64,000 nucleotides of DNA, from NCBI GenBank assembly GCA_963727455.1, contig CAVSGG010000003.1, positions 64,001 to 128,000 of the forward strand, given 5' to 3'. Origin of the DNA: Candidatus Krumholzibacteriota bacterium. Lineage in GTDB: Bacteria; Krumholzibacteriota; Krumholzibacteriia; JAJRXK01. A program made the translations under genes and the position numbers. Every line of letters starts with the position of its first letter. Position 1 is the first letter of the stretch. Shown here one piece after another: positions 28,674-37,809 of this stretch. Under the pieces are notes generated by a model. The model saw only the letters and a list, made by a program, of their open reading frames with translations. It did no database searches and had not been told where the DNA came from.

Positions 28674-29189
28674 ACCTTCGCGCGCTGCGCCACCGCGGTC
28701 TCCAGGGGGAGCGCCCCCGGCAGGGAGGGTTCGCATTCTGCCGGGACCCTCCGCCGTGCTCGATCCTTGTACCTTCGAAATAGTTTTCTCAAGCTCTTCT
28801 AAAGGCTTGAGTTAAAGCGCCTGGGGGACGCGCCCTCCGAGGAGGTCTTTGGTTCTACAAAATATTATGTTTGCGCTTTATCTTCTTATTTTTGGCCCTA
28901 CGGAACGCGAACTTGCTGGCACCACACCCCCGCCCCGGGCCAGCGAGAAAGCTCCGACGCAGCGACGCCCCAGACCTGCGCAGAAGAAGGGAGGCGAAGC
29001 GCGCTCGGTAGCGACGATTGGACAGCTTCGGCTGCCCGCTATATATAGGTAGCTCTGCGGCAGCAGTAGGCGGCGCCGGGCGCCGATTCTCCCCCCGTCT
29101 CAGCTCTGCCCGCGGATCTGAGGCCTGGAGCAGCATTGCGCCCCGGCCAAATTGGTCTCCCTACGAAGAATGATGGGGTTTTGAAGTTC

Positions 29190-31844
29190 ATGGCGAAGAA
29201 GACCACCCGTAGCAAGATGCCCAAGACCGACGGCAAGCAGCTCGTCATCGTCGAGAGCCCGTCCAAGGCGCGAACCATCAACAAATATCTGGGAAAGGAC
29301 TTCGTGGTGGTCGCCAGCGTGGGCCACGTACGCGACCTCCCCAGCAAGAACCCCAAGGGAGACAAGTCCCCGGTCCCGGGAATCGATCTGGAGAATCACT
29401 TCGAGCCGCGCTACGAAGTACTCAAGGGCAAGTCCAAGCTGGTGAGCGAGCTGAAGCGCGCCGCCAAGAACGCGCGCGAGGTCTGGTTCGCCACCGACCT
29501 CGATCGCGAGGGCGAGGCCATCGCCTGGCATCTGGCCGAACTCGTGGGGATCACCCCGGAGGAAGCCAAGCGCGTCATCTTCAGCGCCATCACCCGCGAT
29601 GAGATCGATCATGCGTTCAAGGACCCGCGTGCCATCGACATGGATCGCGTCAACGCGCAGCAGGCGCGGCGCATCCTCGATCGCATCGTGGGCTACCAGG
29701 TTTCTCCGCTCTTGTGGAAGAAAGTGGCGCGCGGACTTTCCGCGGGCCGCGTACAGAGCGTCGCCGTGCGCCTGGTGGTGGAGCGCGAACGCGAGATCCG
29801 CGCCTTCGTGCCGGACGAGAGCTGGCAGATCCTGGCCAATTTCCACGGCGATACTGCGGTGGGCGAGAGCTTGAGCACCGATTGGGCGGCCCTGCTCGCA
29901 ACGCGCGACGACAAGGGAAAACCCCCCACGCAGAAGGAGCTCAATGCGTGGCTCGCCAAGAAGGAAGCGGTGCGCGCCGAGTTGGTCAAAGTGGCCGGAG
30001 AGAAATTCGAACTCGAACTGAAGGGCATGATCGACGGCGTGTCCCAGGATGAGAAGTTCAAGGACGCGTCGGCCCAGGACAACACGCCCGCCGTGCTCGA
30101 AGTGGCGCGGCTGGCCGGTTTGCAGTCCATCCAGACTGAGGTCACTCAAGATCCCAAGGGCAAGGGCCCGGCGCGCTATCGGCGCACGGTCCGCGGAGAA
30201 ATCGATCCCGCGGCCAAGTACAGGGTGAGTTCGATCGAATCCAAGCGCACCAGTACACGCCCCGCCGCTCCCTTCATCACCTCCACTTTGCAGCAGGCAG
30301 GATCCTCACGCTTGGGATTCGCTGCGCGGCGCACCATGCAGGCGGCGCAGCAGCTCTACGAGGGAGTCGACATTCCTGGCGAGGGACCGACCGGTTTGAT
30401 CACCTACATGCGAACCGACAGCACCCGCCTGAGTGGCGATGCGCTGGCGATGGCGCGCGAGTTCATCTCAAAGGAATACGGCCACGAGTACTTGCCCGAG
30501 AAGCCCAATTTCTTCTCGTCTTCGAATCGCCAGGCCCAGGACGCGCACGAGGCGATCCGCCCCACCTCACTCGCGCACTCTCCGCAGAAGCTCAAGAAGG
30601 TGCTGCGGCCGGATCAGTACAAGGTGTATTCCCTCATCTGGAGTCGTTTCGTGGCCTGCCAGATGAAGCCCGCCCAGTGGGACTCCACCAGCGTGTTCAT
30701 CGAGGGCGGCATCGACCCCAAACGACCGCTCACCTTCAAGACCCAGGGGCGCACCCTGGCATTCGACGGCTTTTACAGAGTGGCGGGGGTTCCTTTGGCC
30801 AGCGATGAACAGTCGCTTCCTCCGCTGAAGGAGAACGACTCACTCTCGCCCTTCGCCATCGAGCCCAAGCAGCGGTTCTCGGCGCCGCCTGCGCGCTATA
30901 CCGAGGCCAGTCTCATCAAGAAGCTGGAGGCCGAAGGCATCGGACGGCCTTCCACCTACGCCTCCATCATCCAGGTCATTCAGCTGCGCAAGTACGTGGA
31001 GCAAATCGAGCGGCGCTTCTATGCCACCGATCTGGGCGAGATCGTCATCGACAAACTGCGCGAGGCGTTTCCCGGCATCTTTCGGGTGGACTACACCAAG
31101 AAAATGGAAGCCGAGCTCGACAAGATCGAAGAGGAGCACCACGACTGGATCAGCATGTTGGAGAAGTTCTACGAACCCTTCTCGCAAAAGCTGGAGAAGG
31201 CCCTGGAGGAACTGGGGCACGCCAAGGCGGAAACCCAACCCGCGCCCGACGAGTATCGCTGTGGTGCCTGCGGCGCTCCCACCGTCTACCGCTTCGGGAA
31301 AAACGGGCGCTTCCTCTCTTGTTCCACCTATCCCAAGTGTCGCTGGGCCAGTCCCATCGATCGCGACGGAAGGCCCCGGCCGGTGGAGGAGACGAACGTG
31401 GCCTGCCCCAAGTGCGGCGAGCCCATGATCAAACGGGTGGGTCGCTTTGGTCCCTTCCTCGGATGCCGGCGATACAACGACGAGAAGAACCCCTGTGACG
31501 GCATTCTCAATCTGGACAAGAAGACGCACAAGGTGGTGGCACCCTCCCAACCTCCTCTCCAGACCGATCTGCCTTGTCCCAAGTGCGGAAAGCCGCTCAA
31601 TCTGCGCCTCGGCTTGCGCGGACCCTGGTTGGGGTGCTCGAGCTTTCCCAAGTGTCGCGGCCGCATGGCCTGGACCAAGCTCGACGCGGAAGTGAAGGAG
31701 AAGTGGCAGCGCGCTCTGGACGAGCACGTCGCGAAGCACCCCATCCCCATCATCACGACGGTGGACGGGGAGGCGCTCACCGACGAGAGGGGCAAGCCGT
31801 TGCCCGATTCGCCGGTTCCCGGCGAGGAACTCCTCAACGTCTGA
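29190..31844 (+). CDS. topA: DNA topoisomerase I (type IA) with three C-terminal Zn ribbons
   Basis: LVIVESPSKA, ATDLDREGEAIAWH, SAGRVQS, active site ITYMRTDS and GIGRPSTYA, followed by C4 zinc-ribbon repeats. Confidence 0.97.
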   Translation: MAKKTTRSKMPKTDGKQLVIVESPSKARTINKYLGKDFVVVASVGHVRDLPSKNPKGDKSPVPGIDLENHFEPRYEVLKGKSKLVSELKRAAKNAREVWFATDLDREGEAIAWHLAELVGITPEEAKRVIFSAITRDEIDHAFKDPRAIDMDRVNAQQARRILDRIVGYQVSPLLWKKVARGLSAGRVQSVAVRLVVEREREIRAFVPDESWQILANFHGDTAVGESLSTDWAALLATRDDKGKPPTQKELNAWLAKKEAVRAELVKVAGEKFELELKGMIDGVSQDEKFKDASAQDNTPAVLEVARLAGLQSIQTEVTQDPKGKGPARYRRTVRGEIDPAAKYRVSSIESKRTSTRPAAPFITSTLQQAGSSRLGFAARRTMQAAQQLYEGVDIPGEGPTGLITYMRTDSTRLSGDALAMAREFISKEYGHEYLPEKPNFFSSSNRQAQDAHEAIRPTSLAHSPQKLKKVLRPDQYKVYSLIWSRFVACQMKPAQWDSTSVFIEGGIDPKRPLTFKTQGRTLAFDGFYRVAGVPLASDEQSLPPLKENDSLSPFAIEPKQRFSAPPARYTEASLIKKLEAEGIGRPSTYASIIQVIQLRKYVEQIERRFYATDLGEIVIDKLREAFPGIFRVDYTKKMEAELDKIEEEHHDWISMLEKFYEPFSQKLEKALEELGHAKAETQPAPDEYRCGACGAPTVYRFGKNGRFLSCSTYPKCRWASPIDRDGRPRPVEETNVACPKCGEPMIKRVGRFGPFLGCRRYNDEKNPCDGILNLDKKTHKVVAPSQPPLQTDLPCPKCGKPLNLRLGLRGPWLGCSSFPKCRGRMAWTKLDAEVKEKWQRALDEHVAKHPIPIITTVDGEALTDERGKPLPDSPVPGEELLNV

Positions 31845-31850
31845 AACAGA

Positions 31851-31880
31851 AGAGGCCGGCACCTGAGGTGACCGGCCTCT
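31851..31880 (-). terminator. Hairpin between convergent topA and the rhodanese gene (probable intrinsic terminator)
   Basis: Inverted repeat AGAGGCCGG...CCGGCCTCT with an inner CACC/GGTG stem, followed by TCTGTTTC on the minus strand. Confidence 0.6.
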
Positions 31881-31924
31881 CCTTCGACCAGCGCATCTCA
31901 CACCGATGGGCGTGGCTGACCCTC

Positions 31925-33001
31925 TCAGTTCTTCGTCACGCCCGTTCCTTCGCAGGGATAGTCGGTCGTCGCCGCATTGAAGGCATGCGTGTTGACGTTC
32001 GAGTTCTCGTAACAAAGCGACTGCACACCGTAGACCATGCTGTAGGCATGGTAGCCCAGCATGTTCAGCGCCACCGTCACCTGCGCCGAGGTCTGCCCTG
32101 TCCAGCAATAGACGAGGATCTTCTGGTCGGTGGGCAGGGTGTTCAGGGTATTGTCGGTCTGCAGGCTCGCCTTGGGAGCGTACTGCACCGCGGTGGGCAT
32201 GTGGCCCGCGTTGTATTCGGCCGTGGGGAAGTAGTTCACCACGTACCAAGTTCCGTCGTCGGCCGCGATCGAGTCGTACACGTTGGAAATCCCGCGCGAG
32301 TTCCAGCCGCTGCCGAACTCGTTGTAGGTACCCCTGACGTAGGCATCCGCGCGCGCCTTCAGAACGTCCAGACCGGTGCCCAAGCCGGTACCCAGCGCCG
32401 GATAGCTACCAGGAGCGTTGCAGGCGCAAGGATCGGGAGTCATCCAGGTATTGTAGTCATTGGAGGTCTTTTTCATGTAGTCAGTACCGATGTAATCGGT
32501 GTTCGAGGTCCAGCTGCTCATCCCGAACACCAGGTTCACGGCATCGTAGCCCGTGTCGATTCCCAAGAGATTCAAGATGGCGGTCGCGGTGCTGGCCGTC
32601 TGGCCGGTAAAGCACACGTTGCAAATCACCTTGTCGGTAGGGAAGTCCCCCGCGTTGACATGGTCGATGATCTCCGAGAGCGACCAGTTCACTGCGCCCT
32701 GGATGTGCGCATTGTCGTAGACCGCCGGCGAGCGCCAGTCGACGATGAAGTAATCGTCGGAGGGATCGGCGTTGCCGAAATTGGCGTCGAAGAGCGCCTG
32801 GGCGGAGATGTTGACCCCCAGGCCACGGTTCGGCGTCACGTAGGTGCTCAGATAGGCGTCGGTGTAGGGAGAAACCAGCGAGAAGCCGTCCGCCGCGGGC
32901 GGGGGATTCGTTCCGTTGTCGTCGTCGCTACAACCGACGAAAGCGAAGACGAGGATCATCATACTTGTGAGAAGCAGCTTGCTCCAACGACTGCGATTCA
33001 T
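31925..33001 (-). CDS. Tandem-rhodanese-domain lipoprotein (sulfurtransferase)
   Basis: Lipobox FVGC. Two rhodanese domains: IVDWRS..YDNAHIQGAVN..CFTGQTA and YNAGHMPTAV..VYCWTGQTS. Confidence 0.88.
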   Translation of the reverse strand: MNRSRWSKLLLTSMMILVFAFVGCSDDDNGTNPPPAADGFSLVSPYTDAYLSTYVTPNRGLGVNISAQALFDANFGNADPSDDYFIVDWRSPAVYDNAHIQGAVNWSLSEIIDHVNAGDFPTDKVICNVCFTGQTASTATAILNLLGIDTGYDAVNLVFGMSSWTSNTDYIGTDYMKKTSNDYNTWMTPDPCACNAPGSYPALGTGLGTGLDVLKARADAYVRGTYNEFGSGWNSRGISNVYDSIAADDGTWYVVNYFPTAEYNAGHMPTAVQYAPKASLQTDNTLNTLPTDQKILVYCWTGQTSAQVTVALNMLGYHAYSMVYGVQSLCYENSNVNTHAFNAATTDYPCEGTGVTKN

Positions 33002-33092
33002 GGTCATTCCTTTCCTGGTCTGCAATGAGCGAATCCCTCGCGAAGATCATCCCCGAAAGGGACCCGCTCACTCACGATGGTGATCCTCTCGA

Positions 33093-34451
33093 TCACCAGG
33101 ATGAATTGGGCGCCCCGTCGGGCACCACGAGAGCTTGATTGGCCTGCTGCTCTGCTACCGGCAGAGCGGACAGGTCCGAAGCACGCAGGAAGAAGTCCTT
33201 CGCTCCGAGATGCGAGTTGTGACACGCGTCGAAGCAGCTTGTCCCGCTCACCGCCGGGTCCGGCGTGCGATCGGTACGGCGCCGGATGTTGTGCGGCGTG
33301 GCCAGCTTCCAGGTCGGTTCGCTGCTGAAGTTGGGCAGCGTGCTCATACCCCAAGCGGCATAGGTGTCGTCCACCACCGGCACGTGGCGCAGGACTACGT
33401 ACTTCTCGGAGCGGATATCCGACCTGGGGTTGTAACCGATCTTGAAGGTCTCATAGGAAGAACCCGTGATACCCTCACCCGCGTGGCATCCGTTGCAGCT
33501 CTTGTAGTTCTGGCTGTGGCAGACCTGACACGCGAACTGCGACAGATGCGTGGTGTGGTAGATGTTGTTCCAATTGGCGTCGGTGCCCGGTCCGTGGCAG
33601 TCCGTGCACTTGGCCAGCCCCGGCGCCTCGTAACGAGATTGCGTCGCGCTACCATCGCCGTGCATGTCCGCGCCGTCGTGGCAATCCATGCAACTCATGG
33701 CCAAGGGAACGCGGTGGTAGTCGGCTCCGGCATAGTCATTGTTGCCGTAGTACTCGTCTCCGATTCGCGATCCATGGCATGCCGTGCAGTTCAAGGACAT
33801 GTCCGGAGTGCGGTTCACGCGATGTGCTTTCACGAGTCCGCCGCCCACGGGCTTCGGCGAGGAGATGTGGCAATCGCCACAGCTCACATGACAGCCCCCG
33901 CAGGCCGAGCCAAAGCCCGCCATGTACGCCGCGTTATCGCTGATCTTTTGCCCCGATCGTTTTTCGAAGAGGGCATAGTAGGCAGCTTGCGTGGAGTGGA
34001 TGGCGGTCGTGTAGGTCCCTTTGGCTCCGTGGCAACTCGCCTCCAGGCAGGTATTGTTCGCGCCGTCGCTGGGATCGGCAATGAGACCAGCGTGTGCATC
34101 GTCCTTGGTGTTCTCGCCGCTCTGCCCCCCGTGGCAATAGATGCAGCCGAGGGAACCATGGGTGCTGGCCAAGAAGGCAGCACCGTCCGTACCATCGATC
34201 AGAACTTTCTTCCATCCCTCAACCTGAGGGATCGATCCGCCTCAGCCCTCCCCCGTGTCGGCGGGGAGGGTGTCGGGGAGGGCGGTGGCCATCAGCATGG
34301 CCTGGTTCGTATGGCAACCCTGGCAGGTGGCAACTTGGAGGGCGGGTCCTCCACCCCCGCCATCCCCCGAATCGCTGCTGCCGCAGCCCCAGAGGCCACC
34401 CAGCGCCAGCGATCCTGCGGCAAGCCAGAACAAGAACTTATGTGAGACCAT
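33093..34451 (-). CDS. Multiheme c-type cytochrome lipoprotein, predicted selenoprotein (UGA = Sec70)
   Basis: ATG at 34451 with RBS and lipobox LWGC. The only in-frame stop is TGA at 34244-34242 (GEG*GG), and the frame continues into the 33093..34172 ORF. It has 9 CxxCH motifs plus CX4CH and CX3CH, and a SECIS-like hairpin after the UGA. Confidence 0.85.
34211..34235 (-). promoter_or_regulatory. Putative bacterial SECIS element
   Basis: UGA-GGCGGAUCG-AUCCCUCA-GGU-UGAGGGAU: a perfect 8-bp stem with a G-initiated apical loop 17 nt after the UGA. Confidence 0.8.
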
Positions 34452-34467
34452 TCCTATGGCTCCCTTC

Positions 34468-35136
34468 TCAGCTCTTCGCCTCAGGCACGGATTGGCCGGC
34501 GGAGTCGTTTTCTTCGTTTGCGGCTTTTTCGGGGACTTCCGCCAAAAGCCCGCGCGCGAAAATCGGTACGTTGTTGCAGATGATGTCGAGAGTCTCGTAG
34601 CTGACGTCTTCGAGCCTGTTCCAGAACTCGGCATTGACCGCGCAGCCGATTACGAGTCCGACGTAACAGCGCGCGGTAATGCCGGGATCGACTTTGCGGA
34701 GTTCCCCGCTCTCGATCCGTTTCTTGAATTCCTTCGCGAGAAAGTTCACGTAGGGCATGCGGAACTCGCGCAATAACTTCGCAGCGGCTTCGTCGTCGGT
34801 GACCGAAGTCATCAGAAGCAAGCGAAGCAGCTGGGGGTCCTGCTGCGCGGTGGAGAGCAAGTGCAGCGAGGCGGCACGCAAGAGGTCTTCGACCGATTCC
34901 AAGGAGCCGAGGGTTTCCAGATAGCTGCTGATGGCCAGACCGCGCGAACGAGATTCGACGGCCTTTTCGAAGAGGTCGAGCTTGCTGGGAAAGTGTCGGT
35001 AGATGGCGGCGGCGGTGATGCCCACGTCTTCCGCCAGCTGCCGCATCGAGGTGCCCGCATACCCGTAGCGGGAGAAGTGCCGCAGGGCGACTTCCAGGAT
35101 CTGGTCCCGCCGGGACAGCTTGGACGACGCAGGCAT
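34468..35136 (-). CDS. TetR/AcrR family transcriptional regulator
   Basis: RRDQILEVALRHFSRYGYAGTSMRQLAEDVGITAAAIYRHFPSK. It ends 16 bp upstream of the cytochrome start. Confidence 0.92.
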   Translation of the reverse strand: MPASSKLSRRDQILEVALRHFSRYGYAGTSMRQLAEDVGITAAAIYRHFPSKLDLFEKAVESRSRGLAISSYLETLGSLESVEDLLRAASLHLLSTAQQDPQLLRLLLMTSVTDDEAAAKLLREFRMPYVNFLAKEFKKRIESGELRKVDPGITARCYVGLVIGCAVNAEFWNRLEDVSYETLDIICNNVPIFARGLLAEVPEKAANEENDSAGQSVPEAKS

Positions 35137-35161
35137 CGTGGGGGTCCTCGTTAAAAAGAGA

Positions 35162-35336
35162 GGAAACGATCTGCTATTTCCGTATCCAGACTAGCTAGCC
35201 GTGATTTTCGCCGGCAAGGAGAAAGTTAACGATTCTTCACTTTTTGTAGTCCCGGTATTGTGTTTTCTCTTAACTGCCTGATATGACCTTAATTTAGCTG
35301 TTTTGGTCGTCTTAAGAAGTAAACGATCGCTTAACG
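35162..35336. promoter_or_regulatory. AT-rich divergent promoter region with three AACGAT-containing imperfect palindromes (candidate TetR operators)
   Basis: GGAAACGATCTGCTATTTCC (35162-35181), AAGTTAACGATTCTTCACTT (35223-35242) and AAGTAAACGATCGCTTAACG (35317-35336). A minus-strand TTGCCG-N18-TAGTCT lies at 35217-35188. Confidence 0.5.
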
Positions 35337-35524
35337 CCATTCAAACATTCGTTCCGGCTGCGCGAGGGTGCCCGCGACCTGAAGCGATCGGCGCGGGGGG
35401 GTCGGCGGCGGGAGGCGATGGGCGCGGGGAGTTGCAACCGGGGCGTTGCGGGTTCACCGCCATCTCTCCCTGGATTCTCGAAACGGCCCGACAGAGAATC
35501 ACAGGCTGAAAGGGCGTGATAGCG

Positions 35525-36373
35525 ATGGAAAGCGGGTTGAAGGACAAGGTCGTATGCATCACCGGAGCCTCGGGCGGCATCGGCCGGGCGCTCGCGGAGT
35601 GCTTTGCGCAAGAGGGCGCTCACTTGGTGCTCTGCGCATACTCACAGCTCGGGGGCCTGAAGAAGTGGGCCGAGGCGCAGAAGTGGAACGAGCCCGCACT
35701 GCTAGCGAGTGTCGACGTGCGCCACCCACGCGAGCTGAAGGAACTGTACGCGCGCGCCCGCAAGCGGTGGGGTCGTGTGGATGTGTGCGTGGCCAATGCG
35801 GGGATCTGGCCCGAGGAGAGCTTGCCTCTGCACGAGATGAGCGAGGAGAGAATTCTCCACACCGTGGACGTAGATCTCTTGGGTGCCACCTGGACTGCGC
35901 GCGCGTTTTTGGCGGGTCTCGCCCAATGCGGGCCGCGCGAGGACGGGCACGGTGCGAGTCTCATCTTCATTGGTTCGACGGCGGGGCGCTTCGGCGAGGC
36001 CGGACACTGCGATTATTCCCTGAGCAAGGCGGGGATGTACGGACTCTTGCGCACTCTGAAAAACGAGATCGTACAGCTCGACCCCTTCGGCCGCGTGAAC
36101 CTGGTGGAGCCGGGCTGGACGGCCACACCCATGGCCGAGGACTCGCTGCAGGACGACGCCGCAATCAAGGGGATTGCGCGCACCATGCCGCTGCGACAGA
36201 TCGCGCGCGCGGAAGATATTGCACGCGCGGTGGCATTCCTCAGCTCGCCACTCCTGGCGCGCCATCTGAGCGGCGAGGTGCTCACGGTGGCCGGCGGCAT
36301 GGAGGGCCGGACTCTGTGGCGCGAAAGCGAGATCGAGGCCGACGCAGTGCGCCGCCGCCTCGATCCCGATTGA
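35525..36373 (+). CDS. Short-chain dehydrogenase/reductase
   Basis: TGASGGIG, ANAG, catalytic YSLSK and VNLVEPG. Confidence 0.93.
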   Translation: MESGLKDKVVCITGASGGIGRALAECFAQEGAHLVLCAYSQLGGLKKWAEAQKWNEPALLASVDVRHPRELKELYARARKRWGRVDVCVANAGIWPEESLPLHEMSEERILHTVDVDLLGATWTARAFLAGLAQCGPREDGHGASLIFIGSTAGRFGEAGHCDYSLSKAGMYGLLRTLKNEIVQLDPFGRVNLVEPGWTATPMAEDSLQDDAAIKGIARTMPLRQIARAEDIARAVAFLSSPLLARHLSGEVLTVAGGMEGRTLWRESEIEADAVRRRLDPD

Positions 36374-36386
36374 AAGGACCACTTCC

Positions 36387-37730
36387 TTGAGAATCCTGCG
36401 ACTCTCGCTTGGCTCGAATCTGCTCGGCCTCTTCGTCCTCGTGGCGACGGCCCTGACGCCGCTGCAGAGCGCGGCCCTGCAGGATGCGCAGGGGAAAAAG
36501 ACCACCGACGAGCTGACGCCGGTTCGGCAGCTGGCCAAGCAAGCCGAGGGCGAACCGTACTGGGCACCGCTGCTGCGCCTGCGGGAGGCCGAGGCCCAGT
36601 ACCGGGATACTCCGCAGTGGAGCGCCTACTTGCAGCTGCGCGCCTACCTCGAGTGTAAGGTGGGCGACCATCATGCAGCGTTGGCGTCCTGGGATGCGGC
36701 TTTCACCCCCCCGGATTCCGTGGGGACCCTTCCCGCCGGCATCGTGGCGCGCGATGCGCTCGCGACTTTGAGCGCGGTGGCCGATACCGCCCGGGTGATC
36801 ATGATCAACGAGCGTCATCACGCGGCCTCCGATCGCTTGCTGACCCTCGCTCTGCTTCCCATCCTGCGCGCCAAGGGCTTCCGCTACCTCGCAGCGGAGG
36901 CCTTCAATCCCCGCGACGCCGAGCTCAACGTGCGGTCCTATCCGGTGGCCGCGACGGGGACCTACCTGCAGGATCCCGTCTTTGCCGCGATCGTACGCGA
37001 GGCGCGGCGTCTGGGTTACACCCTGGTGCCGTACGAGAGCCTGCAGGGGGAGGAGGCGGGGGACGATAGCATGACCGCCCAACAGCGGCGGGACTTCACG
37101 CAAGCGAAGAATCTGGCCCGGGCGACGGTTCAGCAGGATCACGAGGCGAAAGTCCTCGTCCATGCCGGATACTCGCACGTGCTCGAGCGCGCGAGCGAGC
37201 GTTTCACCCCCATGGCCCTGTATTTCCATCAGCTTACCGGCATCGATCCGGTCACGGTCGACCAAACGCGCCTCAGCGAACGAAGCAGCCGCGAGTACGA
37301 GGCTCCCGCCTATCGCGCCTGCCTGAAGGCGGGACTCTTGAAGGACCGCGCGCTAATCTTGTTTCAGGTCAACGGAAAGCCCTACTCGCCCGCGGCCTTC
37401 GCCGTCGACTACCAGGTCTTCACTCCGCGCACACGCTACGAGGATGGGCGACCGGTCTGGATGCGCTGCGGTGGGCTGCGCCAGGCGATACGAGTCGCGG
37501 TTCCCGAGGCGGAGGACGAGTGGTGTATGGTGGAAGCCCGAGTGCCGGACGAGCCGGACGAGGCAATTCCACTCGACCGCTGCGAGCTCGAGGGAACGCA
37601 GAAGGCGATGCTCTTTTTGCCGCCCGGCAAGAAGTTCATCCTCTGGGTGCGCGATCAGGATGGAGACGTGCTGCGCAAGACCCAGATCATTAATCCCCTT
37701 CGCCAGGAAAGAGGCGAGGGAAGCAATTAG
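36387..37730 (+). CDS. Secreted hypothetical protein (possible ChaN/EreA-like fold)
   Basis: Signal peptide, VIMINERHH...GFRYLAAEAF and VLVHAGYSH. The fold assignment is tentative. Confidence 0.6.
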   Translation: MRILRLSLGSNLLGLFVLVATALTPLQSAALQDAQGKKTTDELTPVRQLAKQAEGEPYWAPLLRLREAEAQYRDTPQWSAYLQLRAYLECKVGDHHAALASWDAAFTPPDSVGTLPAGIVARDALATLSAVADTARVIMINERHHAASDRLLTLALLPILRAKGFRYLAAEAFNPRDAELNVRSYPVAATGTYLQDPVFAAIVREARRLGYTLVPYESLQGEEAGDDSMTAQQRRDFTQAKNLARATVQQDHEAKVLVHAGYSHVLERASERFTPMALYFHQLTGIDPVTVDQTRLSERSSREYEAPAYRACLKAGLLKDRALILFQVNGKPYSPAAFAVDYQVFTPRTRYEDGRPVWMRCGGLRQAIRVAVPEAEDEWCMVEARVPDEPDEAIPLDRCELEGTQKAMLFLPPGKKFILWVRDQDGDVLRKTQIINPLRQERGEGSN

Positions 37731-37809
37731 GGCGCGGGGAGAACTCTGATGCCGTCAACTTGGGCTCTCGTTCCTTGGATTGCAATGGTGCTCGATGAAA
37801 CTTGACTCG

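Noticed and set aside
28674-29189. Possible ncRNA or small ORF in the 500-bp nupC-topA gap
   Set aside because: Only short hairpins and an AT-rich patch are present. No tRNA, riboswitch or convincing ORF was recognised.
33026-33095. Second possible Sec read-through at the cytochrome's terminal TGA (hairpins nearby)
   Set aside because: Another in-frame TGA follows after 6 codons, and the rhodanese has its own RBS and signal peptide, so this is a true stop.
34242-34244. Alternative genetic code (UGA = Trp/Gly) as the explanation for the in-frame TGA
   Set aside because: Many genes here (ftsH, cdaA, topA, nupC) end at TGA at their expected C-termini, so UGA is normally a stop.
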